Under the pieces are notes generated by a model that saw nothing but the letters and a program-made list of their open reading frames with translations, searched no databases and was not told the origin of the DNA. From Camelus dromedarius (lineage: Eukaryota), in assembly GCF_036321535.1 (NCBI RefSeq), contig NC_087446.1:57908001-57972000 (forward strand): a stretch of 64,000 nt of DNA, in the 5' to 3' direction. Shown here one piece after another: positions 12,212 to 24,168 of the stretch. Each line of letters starts with the position of its first letter. The stretch's first letter is position 1. A program made the position numbers and the translations under genes.

Positions 12212-12960
12212 GGTGCAGCCATTCTGCAAAACAGTATGGAGTTTCCTCAAAAAATTAAAAATAGAAGTATCATGTGACCCAGCAATTACTCCTCTAGGTA
12301 TTTAATCTGAAGAAAATGAGAACACTAACTCGAAAAGACATCTGCGNNNNNNNNNNNNNNNNNNNNNNNNNNNNNNNNNNNNNNNNNNNNNNNNNNNNNN
12401 NNNNNNNNNNNNNNNNNNNNNNNNNNNNNNNNNNNNNNNNNNNNNNNNNNNNNNNNNNNNNNNNNNNNNNNNNNNNNNNNNNNNNNNNNNNNNNNNNNNN
12501 NNNNNNNNNNNNNNNNNNNNNNNNNNNNNNNNNNNNNNNNNNNNNNNNNNNNNNNNNNNNNNNNNNNNNNNNNNNNNNNNNNNNNNNNNNNNNNNNNNNT
12601 ACAGAGAACACACTAGTGTTTGCCAAAGGTGGGGGGGGGGGGAGGTGGGAGACATGAGTGAAGAGAGTCAAAATGTACAAAATTCCAGTTATAAAATAAG
12701 TCCTGGGGATGTAATGTACAGCATGGTGACTATAGGTAATAGTACTGTCCTGCGTATTTGAAAGTTGCTAAAAGAGTGGATCTTACCACAAAAGAAAAAA
12801 ATTTTAATGATGTATGGTGACAGATGTTAACTAGACTTACTGAGGTGATCATTTTGTAATATATATAAATATCAAGTTATTATGTTGTATTAATGTAATA
12901 TTGTAGTCAACTATACTTCCATAAAAAAATAAATAAATAATAAATAAATAAATGGAAAAA
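12212..12960 (+). mobile_element. L1 3' region inserted into the ERVL pol, contains an N gap and an (AAAT)n tail
   Basis: gtgcagccattctgcaaaacagtatggag ... gtcaactatacttccataaaaaaataaataaat. Confidence 0.85.
12347..12599. other. Assembly gap (N)
   Basis: N run inside L1. Confidence 1.
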
Positions 12961-12974
12961 GGAAAAACAAAACA

Positions 12975-13684
12975 AAGGGAGTTAATTTTTGAGCAACAGC
13001 ATAACTGACTAAAGTAAAATTTGTAAGTGGGGAACATATTGCCTCTGAAACCCAAATAAGCACAGTAAATGAGTAAGTGCTGGTGAAAAGGAAGAATTGG
13101 TTCCTTACATCAAGTATGAATTATCTCTGACAAGTAATGTTCAGAAATTTTACTGAAGTAACACGGCCTTGAATTTTACATGATGCAGTGGCCCAACCCT
13201 GATTGGAAAGTTCTATGACAAGTGTTTGTATATCCCATTTGACTGTATCATTTGAATTTCTTTGCAGAAGGATGTTATCAATGTAATGTCACAGCTCTGT
13301 TCCTGGAACGAGTTTGACGTGGTTAAGATTTTGCCTGCAAAGTTATGTGCATTGTCAGGGCTGTTGACATATCCCATGGGGAGGTGAATGAAAATGTACT
13401 GTTCCTTCAAAAGTGAAGGCAAATTGCTTCTGAGAAGCTGTAGAACTATATACACAACAGAACATATTAGCCAAATCTATAACAGCAAAATATTTTCCAG
13501 TTGCTGATTGGATTAATTTCAATAATGTTAGGTACGCAGGTCTTAATGGATGATAACATGGCATTAAGTGGTAATCCACTGTGAAGTGACATTCATTTAT
13601 ATCAGGTTTGAGCACTGCCCAAACTGGGTTATTAAAGGGAGAAATAATAGGAACAATGTCTTGGGCAGGCATACCAGTCCCCAG
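12975..13684 (-). mobile_element. Class III ERV pol fragment, reverse transcriptase part
   Basis: Motifs across frameshifts: ISPFNNPVWAVLKP, TVDY, YFAVIDLANMF, SQKQFAFTFEG, QYIFIHLPMGYVNSP, LFGFQRQYVPHLQILL. Confidence 0.88.
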
Positions 13685-13825
13685 GGTTCTCACTCCACTG
13701 TTCCCAACATCACAAACCTCACGGCTGGGACAGATTCTCTCATGGAGCCCTTCATGGTCTCTCAGGAACTTCTCTCCTCAGCCATATGTTGACAACTTGT
13801 TCTCAAAGTTGTCAACAACTGAGGT

Positions 13826-13894
13826 TTATTTGCACCTTTTGAACTTGGGTCCATAGGGCATCTTTAGCTTCTTTAGGAAATTGATCCCCCTGTG
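13826..13894 (+). promoter_or_regulatory. Candidate promoter module for OR6C4
   Basis: TTATTT (degenerate HD) 13826-13831, 18 nt, TCCATAGGGC 13850-13859, then AAATTGATCCCC. About 1.9 kb upstream of the ATG. Confidence 0.55.
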
Positions 13895-15712
13895 CCTGCT
13901 CTAAAAAGAGCAAATAAAACCTGTAGCATCACTCTGGCTACAGTAGGAACTGCAAAGAAGCCCATATCCTGCCTTCAAAGGGCTCTGCGATAATGTCTCT
14001 TAGAACAGAATTATTAAGGAATTTTGGTCTATTAAAGACCTTTCTTTGAATCCTATCATTGCCAGGGAAGGGGGCTTATTTGCTTATTTATTTGTTTTTT
14101 TTTAATACATATGCAGGGGTCTGTTTCTCAGGAACTATGGTTTGATTCCAGTTTGGAGTCACAAAACGGAAGGTAATTCACTTCCTTCCTAGTTAAGTCC
14201 CACAACCTTGGGTCCTCCCATTAAGAGAAGAACAGAATGTGGATGGAGGCCAATAGAAAACATGCTAAATTCTATACCACTCGGAGACTCATGTGGCACA
14301 TCTCATCTTCGACACACCTCTTAGGAACAACAAGGTAAACAACCCACTGCAGTCATTCAGACTGTTGAGGCTGTGAGCACGGTAGATTCTTAAAGTCAGT
14401 GATGTTACTATTCTATATACGTGGATCGTGAAATCCATCAACTGTGAAAATCTGGATGAAAATGCAGAACTTGCCAAAGATGACATGTTAGTACAGACAA
14501 GGAAGGCATGGCTGTAGGGGATAGCAGTCAATGTTTAATATCAACTAGTGCCTCCAAAAGCTGTATGGAATAATGGGGAGACTGACAAGAATGACTGTGA
14601 GGATATGATTTTCTTTATCAATATGCATGTGAGTTTGAGGGGCTTTTTATTGTCTTTGTTTCTTAATCAGAAAAGTCTAAAGATGCACATAGGATCCCAC
14701 CACCAGAGTTTCCTCCCTTAGGGATTACCAATGTGTCTACAAAGGACTCTTATTGTCAGAAACATTAATTTCCCTCTTCCTGGTTTCTGTATGCCAAGAA
14801 AATTTGAGGCATGATAAATGATCACCCGTAGTTTGCCACTGAGGGACTCTTTGAGACTTTAAGCAAAATCTACTCTGAGACGCCGTCTATAGATCTCTTG
14901 AGATCTCTATTCTCAGAGATATATCCCAAGTCAGTGTGTAGGAGACTTTGAAAATGGCAGAGAAACATATGTAAGTCCTAACTGATATGATTTACTAATG
15001 CCTGAGACTTGTCCGTGTAGTCACAAAGCTCCCAAAATAAAATGAGAGTATTGAACCAAAGATCATAAAGTCCTAAAGCCCTATTACAAATTCATCCTAC
15101 AAAAGAAGTAGGGGTGTAGGAAAAATCAATTATGCATCAAGATCTTCAGCATTACCTTCTTGGGGAAATTACTATTGGCTGCTGAAATAAGTGAGTCAGA
15201 GATTTCTACAGTAACAGAGATGAGGCTCCATGGCAGACGTCCACAGAAGCCTCAGATAGTGCAGGGGGAGGGGAAAGTGCAGAGAAGGGGGGAGCACAGT
15301 GAGGGGAGAGGGAAGCACAGAAAACAGAATCAGACAGAGATGTTTCTATCAAGTGCCCAGGAATATGAGAGATTCACAGTCAGAGAAAAGTGACTTACAT
15401 GTGAAGATTTCATAAACATTTAAGGAAGTAAAGATAAGATGGGTTCAAAAATTTCTTCTTCTGAAAAAAATTGAGTAATTATTCTGTAGTAAATTCTGTT
15501 AAGTGTCCAGGAATGGATCAGCTTGGAGAGTTACAAAGACTTAAGGAATAAGGTCACTTACATGGGAGGTGTGGGGCTTCATGGAGCCAAGTTCGGTCCA
15601 ATGGGACAGTGGTTTGGGCCAAATGGACGGAGAGTTATATTTGACCTAATTCTTTGATTACAATCAGCTTTATTTCTCCAATCCCGAGAAACTTTAGTTT
15701 TCACCATGCTCA

Positions 15713-15726
15713 CCTTTTCCCTTTAG
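15713..15726 (+). other. 3' splice acceptor
   Basis: CCTTTTCCCTTTAG ending at 15726, 19 nt before the ATG. Confidence 0.7.
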
Positions 15727-15744
15727 ATCTACTAGAGGTCAACG

Positions 15745-16674
15745 ATGAAAAACCGAACCACATTTACTGAGTTTATTCTGTTGGGCCTCACAAATCAACC
15801 AGAACTCCAGGTGGTGATTTTCATCTTTCTGTTCCTCACCTACATGCTGAGTGTCCTGGGAAATCTGACTATCATCATACTCACTCTGGTGGACCCCCAC
15901 CTCCAGACCCCCATGTATTTCTTCCTCCGGAATTTCTCCTTCTTAGAAATTTCCTTCACGTCCATTTTTATTCCCAGATTCCTAACTAGCTTGACAACGG
16001 GAAATAAAGTCATCAGCTTTGCTGGCTGCTTGATTCAATATTTTTTTGCTATATTTCTTGGGGCCACAGAGTTTTACCTCCTGGCTGCCATGTCCTATGA
16101 CCGCTATGTGGCCATCTGCAAGCCCCTGCACTACACGACCATCATGAGCAGCCGAGTCTGCATCCAGCTCGTGTTCTGCTCCTGGCTGGGGGGGTTCCTA
16201 GCTATCTTACCCCCAGTCATCTTGATGAGCCAGGTGGACTTCTGTGCTTCCAATGTTCTGAATCACTACTACTGTGACTATGGGCCCCTCCTGGAGCTTG
16301 CCTGCTCAGACACAAGCCTCTTAGAACTGATGGTCATCTTCTTGGCGGTTGTGACTCTGGTGGTTACTCTGGTGCTGGTGACACTTTCTTATACATATAT
16401 TATCAGGACCATTCTGAGGATCCCTTCTACCCAGCAAAGGACGAAGGCTTTTTCCACATGTTCTTCCCACATGATTGTCATCTCCCTCTCTTACGGCAGC
16501 TGCATGTTTATGTACATTAATCCTTCTGCAAAAGAAGAAGGTGTTTTCAACAAAGGAATAGCTGTGCTCATTACTTCAATTACTCCCTTGTTAAACCCTT
16601 TCATTTACACTCTAAGAAATCAGCAAGTGAAGCAAGCATTCAAGGACAACATCAAAAAGATCATGAAGTTTTAA
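15745..16674 (+). CDS. OR6C4: Olfactory receptor OR6C4 orthologue, intact, 309 aa
   Basis: Closely matches human OR6C4 as recalled ([52 protein letters not shown]), same length, expected position before OR2AP1. Confidence 0.88.
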   Translation: MKNRTTFTEFILLGLTNQPELQVVIFIFLFLTYMLSVLGNLTIIILTLVDPHLQTPMYFFLRNFSFLEISFTSIFIPRFLTSLTTGNKVISFAGCLIQYFFAIFLGATEFYLLAAMSYDRYVAICKPLHYTTIMSSRVCIQLVFCSWLGGFLAILPPVILMSQVDFCASNVLNHYYCDYGPLLELACSDTSLLELMVIFLAVVTLVVTLVLVTLSYTYIIRTILRIPSTQQRTKAFSTCSSHMIVISLSYGSCMFMYINPSAKEEGVFNKGIAVLITSITPLLNPFIYTLRNQQVKQAFKDNIKKIMKF

Positions 16675-16719
16675 ATATATATATTTATATATTTATATCT
16701 CAAGGAAATACATTTCACT

Positions 16720-17150
16720 TAAAAAATATGTACTGAATGTCTACTGTATTTTTGCAAGTGCTGAACCAGCACTTGAGGACAAAAGTATAAAGGGCATACG
16801 CCCTAATTTCAAGGAATCTATGCTCTAATGTGATAGAAATGTGTACAAACTGTAAATTGATGTCATAAGTTTACAAAAAATAAAATAATATGGTAAGTGT
16901 TATTAGAGAAAGATGACTGAGAATCCCTGAAAACAACAATTGGAAAGAATTAACTGTTTTCTGGAAATTACTTGAAATTTAAGAGGCAAAACATCCTGCT
17001 TATTTAGGAGAGTGGGAAGGTAAAAATTTAGAGCAAGAAAGAGGCCAGATCATAAAGGTGTTTATTACAAAGTGTGGAGTTAGCTGGATATTCGTGAGCC
17101 AAGAGACGTTTAAGAAAGGAGGTGATGTTACCAGCATTGTCTGGAAGGAG
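16720..17150 (-). mobile_element. L2 fragment (duplicate of the 8.9-9.3 kb copy)
   Basis: Same position 3' of the paralogous OR; L2-type text. Confidence 0.5.
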
Positions 17151-18264
17151 GTCGAGCACGGGCACTGCTCTTCACTGTGGAGCGCTGGAGACCATCCTTC
17201 TATCAGTGTCAATAATTTTTTATTCTCCTTTCCTCTTTCATTTATTTTTCAGCTGTAGGCCACTGCAACTTCCACCCTCCCATAAAGAAAAAAGGCTTTA
17301 CATTTGATCCACTTTTCTCCAAATGAGGTGAAAATTCTCAAGATTTTGTCAACTTACACATTTGTTTTCTAGAAGTTATGGTTAGGTTTCTAAAGGAAAG
17401 GTTAGAATCCTCTCACTTCTCCTATTGGTGTTTTTCATAAGCTGACATTTTTTAAGGTAGTGAGTCATCGACTCTTTCTCTTTGCTAGTCTCTGATAATT
17501 CTTTTTCTATTGTAATTTTATTTTCATCTTTTTGCTTATTTTGTTAGGTATTATAAAGGACAAATTCTGTGATATAACTTCATTCGTTTAACTTGTTCCC
17601 AAATTTTTGCTTTTTTTAAAACATAAGCCATGGATAACTATTTCATAAAGTGGAAAAGAATATAAGGTATTCATACAGTTCTATATCTAGAATGTTCCAA
17701 ATTATGAGTCTTTGCAGCCAACTCTACCTACCCTACCAAGACTACCCTATCAATAACTCTACACACGGAGTCAAGGTAAGAGCAAATTCAATTTGAATCA
17801 GCGTCAATGGAACAGGACATTTCGGAAATCTGAGTACTTGTACTTTGTTTGCTAATATCCTAATTCATTGCAGAATGCTGATTACTGTTTGGGGTACAAA
17901 TAGAACATCATCTGATGTGTTCACCCCTTTTATATGTGGTAATAACATTGAATGGAATAATGCTCCTCAAGCACTTTAGGAACAAACTGTATTAGAATGA
18001 TCATGAGAGCAAACTCCCAGAACCCCAGAAAGCATTGAAGAGTGTGTAATATTTTTATTAAATGGCCTTTTATATAAAGCCATTGCTGTTTTGAGTATCT
18101 AGGTTTCTTGGTGGATAAGCTAGAGATTAGTGATGACTTTCAATTTATTCCAACTTCACTGAACTGTTAATTAATAGAGAAATGTTCTTAAACAATCACA
18201 CCTGAATCATTAAGTTCCCCTAAATCCACATTGCTACCAAAACCTATGATGAAGTGGGAGACAA

Positions 18265-18450
18265 CGCCACATGGTGGTTGAAAATACAGGCTTTCGTTCA
18301 AATCCCAGATACTCAACCTTCTACCCAAGTCTCCTTGCAACACTTTTTCACCTCTCTAACACTTACTTTTCTCAACTCTAAAATGTGGATAATAATAGTG
18401 TCTATCTTATAGGTTAGCTTTGAGCATCAAATGACATCGTAAGTATTAAA
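18265..18450 (+). mobile_element. MIR
   Basis: ttcaaatcccag ... ctctaaaatgtggataataatagtgtctatcttataggtt. Confidence 0.65.
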
Positions 18451-19639
18451 AAAATTAAAGCCATTATTTATTGTTTAATAAATGATATCCATTATAACAG
18501 TATGGTAATAATAACCAATGTCCTTTTCAAGAAAGTCAGGTTTAACTGGTAGGAATAGGTATTAAATTGTTCAGTTTAACCTAAAGGGGACTGTAAAAAT
18601 GTTGGCCATTCTACTTGCCACAAGGCCAGCTTGTTTCCATTCCTCTTCTGTCCAGCTGCATCCTTAGACAGCCAGGTCAGTGAAGGTCTAACCCGCACTT
18701 CAGATAAAGTCAATCAGAACATCCGGCAGCGGACTGTTAGGACTGGGCTACCGCCAACTCCCTGTGCCCCAGACACCAAGTATGCTGAGAAGAAGAAGAC
18801 TAGTTGTATAAGTCAAAGTTCAAGAATATGAGCCAGGGCTCCACCCAGACTTCATAATAAAAGCATTTTGAAATGAAATCAGGAGGGAACGTGTCACCTT
18901 CTACAAGAGCCTGTCCAGAAGACAAAAGAAAAAGACAAGTCATGCTCTTCAGAAGCTGTCCACCTGGCTATCTTTATGTTAATATTGACTTGGAATGTAA
19001 CCCAAGTCACAGAAAAGCAAAGGAATGAGTTTACTAATTCTGCAGCTGAACCTTTAGAGCATTCAGGGTCTAAATATAAGTTGGTGGGTTTCATCCTCCT
19101 GTCACCGCTGTTGACAGAATCAAAAGAAACAGCTCTACAGCCTAGTACTCCCAGGATAGTATCAGCAGGACTGGGGTGAGGGGAGAATAAAAACAAGTGA
19201 GACCGGACCTACTGCACCAAGTGTTCACTCCTCTCTCCTCTCTCCCTGAGCCCCCAGAGGTTGTGGGCTTATGAATTATAAATCTAAACGCAAAGCCACT
19301 TCTTGCAAAGAGTTTAAAATAAAATTCAAAAGGGAAGGAGAGAATTTTTTAAGAAGTCAGGCAAGGTAACAACAGTTCTATAATGATTTGGGTTTTCCAG
19401 CCTAAGGATCATCTTTGTCATTTCTTTAGATTCACCCAGAACGTCACAAACCAGGGCTTAAGCTTCAGCCCATACATATCACTAGACAGTATTGCTGAAG
19501 CTCTGCAGGGGTTATGAGTTCAGAAGCCACAGTAACCACCTAGCTGAGGAATACAGCCACTGTGAATTGGGGGCTGGGGTGGGGAGCAAGATTACACACA
19601 AGACAACAGAGGAAGGGAAGAATTATAGGAACAGAAACA

Positions 19640-19810
19640 CCAAGAATTTAACAACAAGTTTATACTGTAGAGCATAGGGAACTATATTCAATATCTTATA
19701 GTAACTTACGGTGAAAAAGAAGATGAAAACAAATATATGTTCACGTATGACTGAAGCATTATGCTGTACACCAGAAATTGACACACTGCAAACTGACTAT
19801 ACTTCAATAA
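19640..19810 (+). mobile_element. L1 3' end followed by a (TA)n/(CA)n microsatellite
   Basis: tgtagagcatagggaactatattcaatatcttatagtaact ... ctgactatacttcaataa. Confidence 0.8.
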
Positions 19811-20066
19811 TATATATATATACACACACACCAAATATATATATATATATTTTTGTTATGTATATATACCAAAAAAATTATGTAAGTATAATTTACTCAA
19901 AAAGATACAAATGATACTGGTAACATGAAAGACAAAACATTATAAAAAATAACTAGGAAAAAATATGGCTGCAAAACCTAATAAGTGAAATAAAGATGAG
20001 GCTAATACCAAGAGAGAAGGAACTAAAACATTCATTAAAACTAAGCTAGAAGACCAGACCTGATAA

Positions 20067-20183
20067 GGAGGGAGGGTATAGCTCAAGTGGTAGAGAGCGT
20101 GCTTAGCATGCACAAGGCCCTCCGTTAAAGTAAAACAAATAAATAAATAAAATAAACCTAGTTACCTCCCCCCCAAAGAAAAT
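20067..20183 (+). mobile_element. tRNA-derived SINE (camelid Vic-1 type) lacking the B box
   Basis: GGGAGGGTATAGCTCAAGTGGTAGAG head, taaacctagttacctccccccc tail, TSD CAGACCTGATAA at 20055-20066 and 20184-20195. Confidence 0.88.
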
Positions 20184-22258
20184 CAGACCTGATAAACTCT
20201 CCCATAAAGCAACAGAAAACAATAAAGATATTAGATAGATAACATAAAACAATAATGATATTAAATTAGGTAGGTAGGTAGATAGATAAATAGGCACCAA
20301 AAGACCATTGTAGATGCCAAAATCCAGAGAATAAGCATTGCAGGTGAAGAGAAGAGAAAAAAATGAAATAATAATACATTTCCTATACTAGAGAAAGGTG
20401 GGTATGTCTGAGTATGCTGAGACAAGCTAGATAGAGAAAATTTACACCTCAAGAAACCAGACATTTAAATGTGATAGTAAAATAAAAGAATGGCTTAGAA
20501 GGCTTACTGCACAAAGAACAAATTCAAAACACTTCTAAAAGAAATACTCAAATAAAAGGATAAATAAACAGAAGGATGATGCAAATAATATGAAACATAA
20601 AAATTACAATACAACATATTAATTACATGATGTGTATTTTTAACTTTTAAAAAAGGGAGACTCAAAGATGAATAAAAGAAAATCTATATTCAAAGCAGAA
20701 CTAAAATTCTAGAAAACATGTAAACAGTGGGGTTGCAAAGAAAGACCAAAGTAACGTACAGAAACGGTAATATATTTGTTGTGATCCAAGAAAGAAATAG
20801 AAATGCCTAAGTTTAAGAAATCAGTAGATGAAAATAAACAAAACTGAATCTTAAGGTATCCATCCTAAAAATAAAATATAATTTACAACTCAACAAAACA
20901 AAAAGTATCCACCCAATGAGAGACAGGAAAAGATTTTTTAAAGTAGTAACCAGTGGAAAAAATGGCATATATAGAATAAGATGGTAGACATCAGTCCTAT
21001 TATATAACAGTCATCATGGAAAGAACATATCAGTGAATCCCATAATGAAAGACACAGAACTCAAACTGGGTTAAAAGCAATAACAAATAAATTCAGGAAT
21101 GTATTGTATATAATAGACACACTTAAGTCTATTTTACCAAAAATATAAATTTTACTTTCATGTATTCTGGTAATTAAGGGTTAGAACTGAAAATAGCACT
21201 TTGGTTCTACAGAAGGAGTTAGAAGTTACTATTAAAGTTTCAGAAGTTTGTTTAAAAATAAGACATTTTAATCAAAATGCAAAATTTCATTCACACCTAT
21301 TTGTATGCTAAAGCAGTCATTTGCTTGAATGTAACTAATTGATGAAATGGAATGGACAGAAAGTGTTAATTTGGTGCTTTGTTTGTCTAGAGCCCAGGAT
21401 TTCCTACCACATACCACTAAGGAAATACCTGAACTTCACTCATCACAATGAGTAAATGATAGATAAATACCATCCCTCCCAAAAAAAGACTAACTGACCT
21501 GATTGCAGGGTGCTCTGTAAAATTATTTAGATGATTTTCTGAAGGACACCTGCTTTTACCATCTCTTTAATCAATATAGAAATTTCTTTCGCCCCTACTA
21601 TCCTTCATGGATTTACACTGACCACATGTCTGAGTCAGGGGAGGTCAGAGGTGCCCATGTGATGCACTCATCCCATTGCCACGGTCCTAATGGTAGCAGT
21701 TGCTTATTGGGAACATCCCATATGAACAGTAGAAATATTTCACATGCTTAAAACATCTAGTTCCAAAATACATTCAGAGTAGCAGCTACAACCACTTGGA
21801 TATATAAAATGCCCATAAATATTTTGACTATCAGCCCATTGCTGGAAGGCTTTGTGAAAACAGGTGCACAAAACTGCAGACGGTCCAAAATGCTGACAAA
21901 CATCAGTTAATTTCAAGGACCCCAGTGGTGGGGGCCATTCTTGACTGACATCGTAAATCTTGCAACTTTATTTCTACTCCACTCTGATGATCAAAAGCAA
22001 ATTATAAGCCCAGCCAAGTTAAAGAGAGAGAAAAGAAATCGTGTGCCCTGATGGAGACACTGACACTGTTGTTTTCTTTCAAGATTTTTTGAACATATTG
22101 TACCTACAGAAAGGAAAAAAAATCTCAAAATTCTAAAGCCTAAGGCTTCTCACCCAGGTCTCTCAAATGACCAGCACAGCTTCCCTGGCCTCACAAGACC
22201 AACCGTGTCCTGCCAGGTCCCTGCGGCCCACCACCCAGGCAAAACACTCTATCTTATT

Positions 22259-22905
22259 TGTTAGTATCTGTTGCTGTGTAGCGTTGTCACCCCAAATTTT
22301 AGCGGAAAAGATAAATTTTTATCACTATAGTTCTGAGTGGAGACAGGACAGCTAGATGGCTCTCACATGGGCCTTTCATTTAGTTGCAATTGTAGGTGAC
22401 GGCATTTGGAACCATGTAAAGGCTCAACTGAGCTGATGTCCAAGATGACTTTAGGTCACAGGTCACTACAGCTAAGACGGCTGAATGAGACGGGGGCTAA
22501 CCAAGTCTCTCTCTCTCTACTCGCCTCTGCAAGGCTAGCTTGGGTGTCCTCGCTGCATGGCAATCTCACAGTATTTGAACTTTTGTTGTTGTTGGGAGGT
22601 GGGGAGTAATATTTTTTTTTTTAATGGAGGTACTGGGGACTGAACCCAGGACCTTGTGCGTGCGGGGCACGCGCTCTACCACTGAGCTATGCTCTCCCTC
22701 CTGAACTTTTTCATGACTCCTGGATCCCCACAGAGCACATGTTCCAAAAAAAAAAAAAAAAAAAAAGGGAGAAGCTACAAGTCTCCAATGATCTAATCTC
22801 TGAAGTGGCACAACTTCACTTCTACAACTAAAGTCAAATTCAAGTCAGAGAGCCAGTCAAGATCAAAAGGGAGAGGAAAGAAACTACCCCCCACAGTCAT
22901 GAAGC
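22259..22905 (-). mobile_element. MLT1-type MaLR LTR, interrupted by a SINE
   Basis: tgttagtatctgttgctgtgtag start; aaggctcaactgagctgatgtccaagatg; gagcacatgttcc..gaagctacaag. Confidence 0.7.
22585..22701 (-). mobile_element. tRNA-derived SINE (Vic-1 type)
   Basis: Reverse complement of ..AGCTCAGTGGTAGAGCG..GGTCCTGGGTTCAGTCCCCAGTACCTCC; TSD TGAACTTTT on both sides. Confidence 0.9.
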
Positions 22906-23093
22906 TGAAAAGGACCTCAAGGGCCACCAGGGCCAAGAGGCAAAGCAGCCGTCTACAGTCAGTCCTTCCTCCCACAGCTCTGCCTTTTCTAGAATCTCAG
23001 CCCCTCTGACCCTCATTGTTTCAAACACAGTCTGATTGTAAGTCAATAACTTTTGTGTTTTATTCATATTTGCTGGTTGTTTTGAGATAATTA

Positions 23094-23576
23094 CAGACAT
23101 ATCTCAGAGCTATTATGGGTTCAGTTCCAGACACAATAAAGCAAATATCACAACAAGGTGAGCCACAGAAATGTTTTGGTATCCCAGTGCATATTAAAGT
23201 TACATTTACACTTTACTGTAATTTAAGTTTGTAATAGTACTACATCTAAAACACCAATGTACTATCTTAATTTAAAAATACTTCATTGCTAAGAAATGCT
23301 AACTATCATCTGAGAACAAAGGGTTGCTACAAACTTTCAATTTGTAAAAAATGCAGTATCTGCAAAGCATCAAGTCACCTTTCTCTCATCTACTAGTTGA
23401 GTGACCTTGGGTTAATTATTTAATCTCTCTGTACTCCATTTCCTAATCTACAGAGTCAACAGGAATACTGCATCATAGGGTTACTATGAGGTCTAAGCGA
23501 GATAAACCACATAACACATTTACAATAGTACATACTTCAGCACAGATGTGAAGTATATTAAAATAAGGTATGCCTG
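23094..23576. mobile_element. Internally deleted Tigger1 (TcMar-Tigger) element with an internal insertion
   Basis: TA|CAGACATATCTC ... AAGGTATGCCTG|TA termini with TA target duplication; interior matches both Tigger1 ends. Confidence 0.85.
23370..23538 (+). repeat. MIR-derived segment inside Tigger1, near-copy of 25943-26111
   Basis: About 85% identical to 25943-26111 by hand alignment, including non-consensus bases; AGCA on both sides. Confidence 0.85.
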
Positions 23577-24168
23577 TAGTCAGAAGAGGAAGTTTATCGA
23601 CTATCATTAAAGACCACTTGGTTATGCTTTTATTTATGTTGTGTTTTTTGGCATATGTTTGGCATATTAGGAGAGGCAAGGAATATTATTATAATTTTGT
23701 GAAAATCCATATATTTATTGTGAGGCAGTATTAAAAAGTTGGATTTGAAGATAAAGGCAGCTTATATTTTCCTAAGAAACAATGTCTTTATCCTCTTTTT
23801 TGTTTTTTGTTGTTTTGTTTTTATCCTCTTGAAAAGGGAAAGTACTTTGAAAGAGGCTGTGTTACAAAGAGGAAAGAACAGATTCAATACACAAGATTAA
23901 TGAATAATGTGTATTTGATAAAACTAAAAAAAGAAACTGATTGAAATGTAGATTAGAAAAACAGAAGTTTCAGAAAAGTAGAGAACTACCTATCTGCGTG
24001 ATGCTAGGTCCCTCACGGTTCTTTCTTAGACTTTCTTCTCAACTCCCAAGTTGCTCCTCTGCATTAGAAGACCACATCCACAACAGCCATGCCTCAGTTT
24101 CCACCCATATGCTGCTAACTTATTGTTTTCATTTGAATTCCCAATATGAAAATTGAAATATATTTCAA

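Noticed and set aside
18620-19260. CpG-containing unique stretch with several 60-100 aa ORFs
   Set aside because: No recognisable protein, RNA or repeat motif; may be an old L1 5' region but I cannot support this.
21130-21400. Cluster of TAATT sites as a possible long-range OR enhancer
   Set aside because: No adjacent convincing O/E site, and TAATT is common at this AT content.
21700-22000. Possible additional ERVL RT remnant (TCAGTTAATTTCAAGGACCCCAGTGG resembles the SVKFLGVQW region)
   Set aside because: Only one short weak match by eye; needs a Dfam search.
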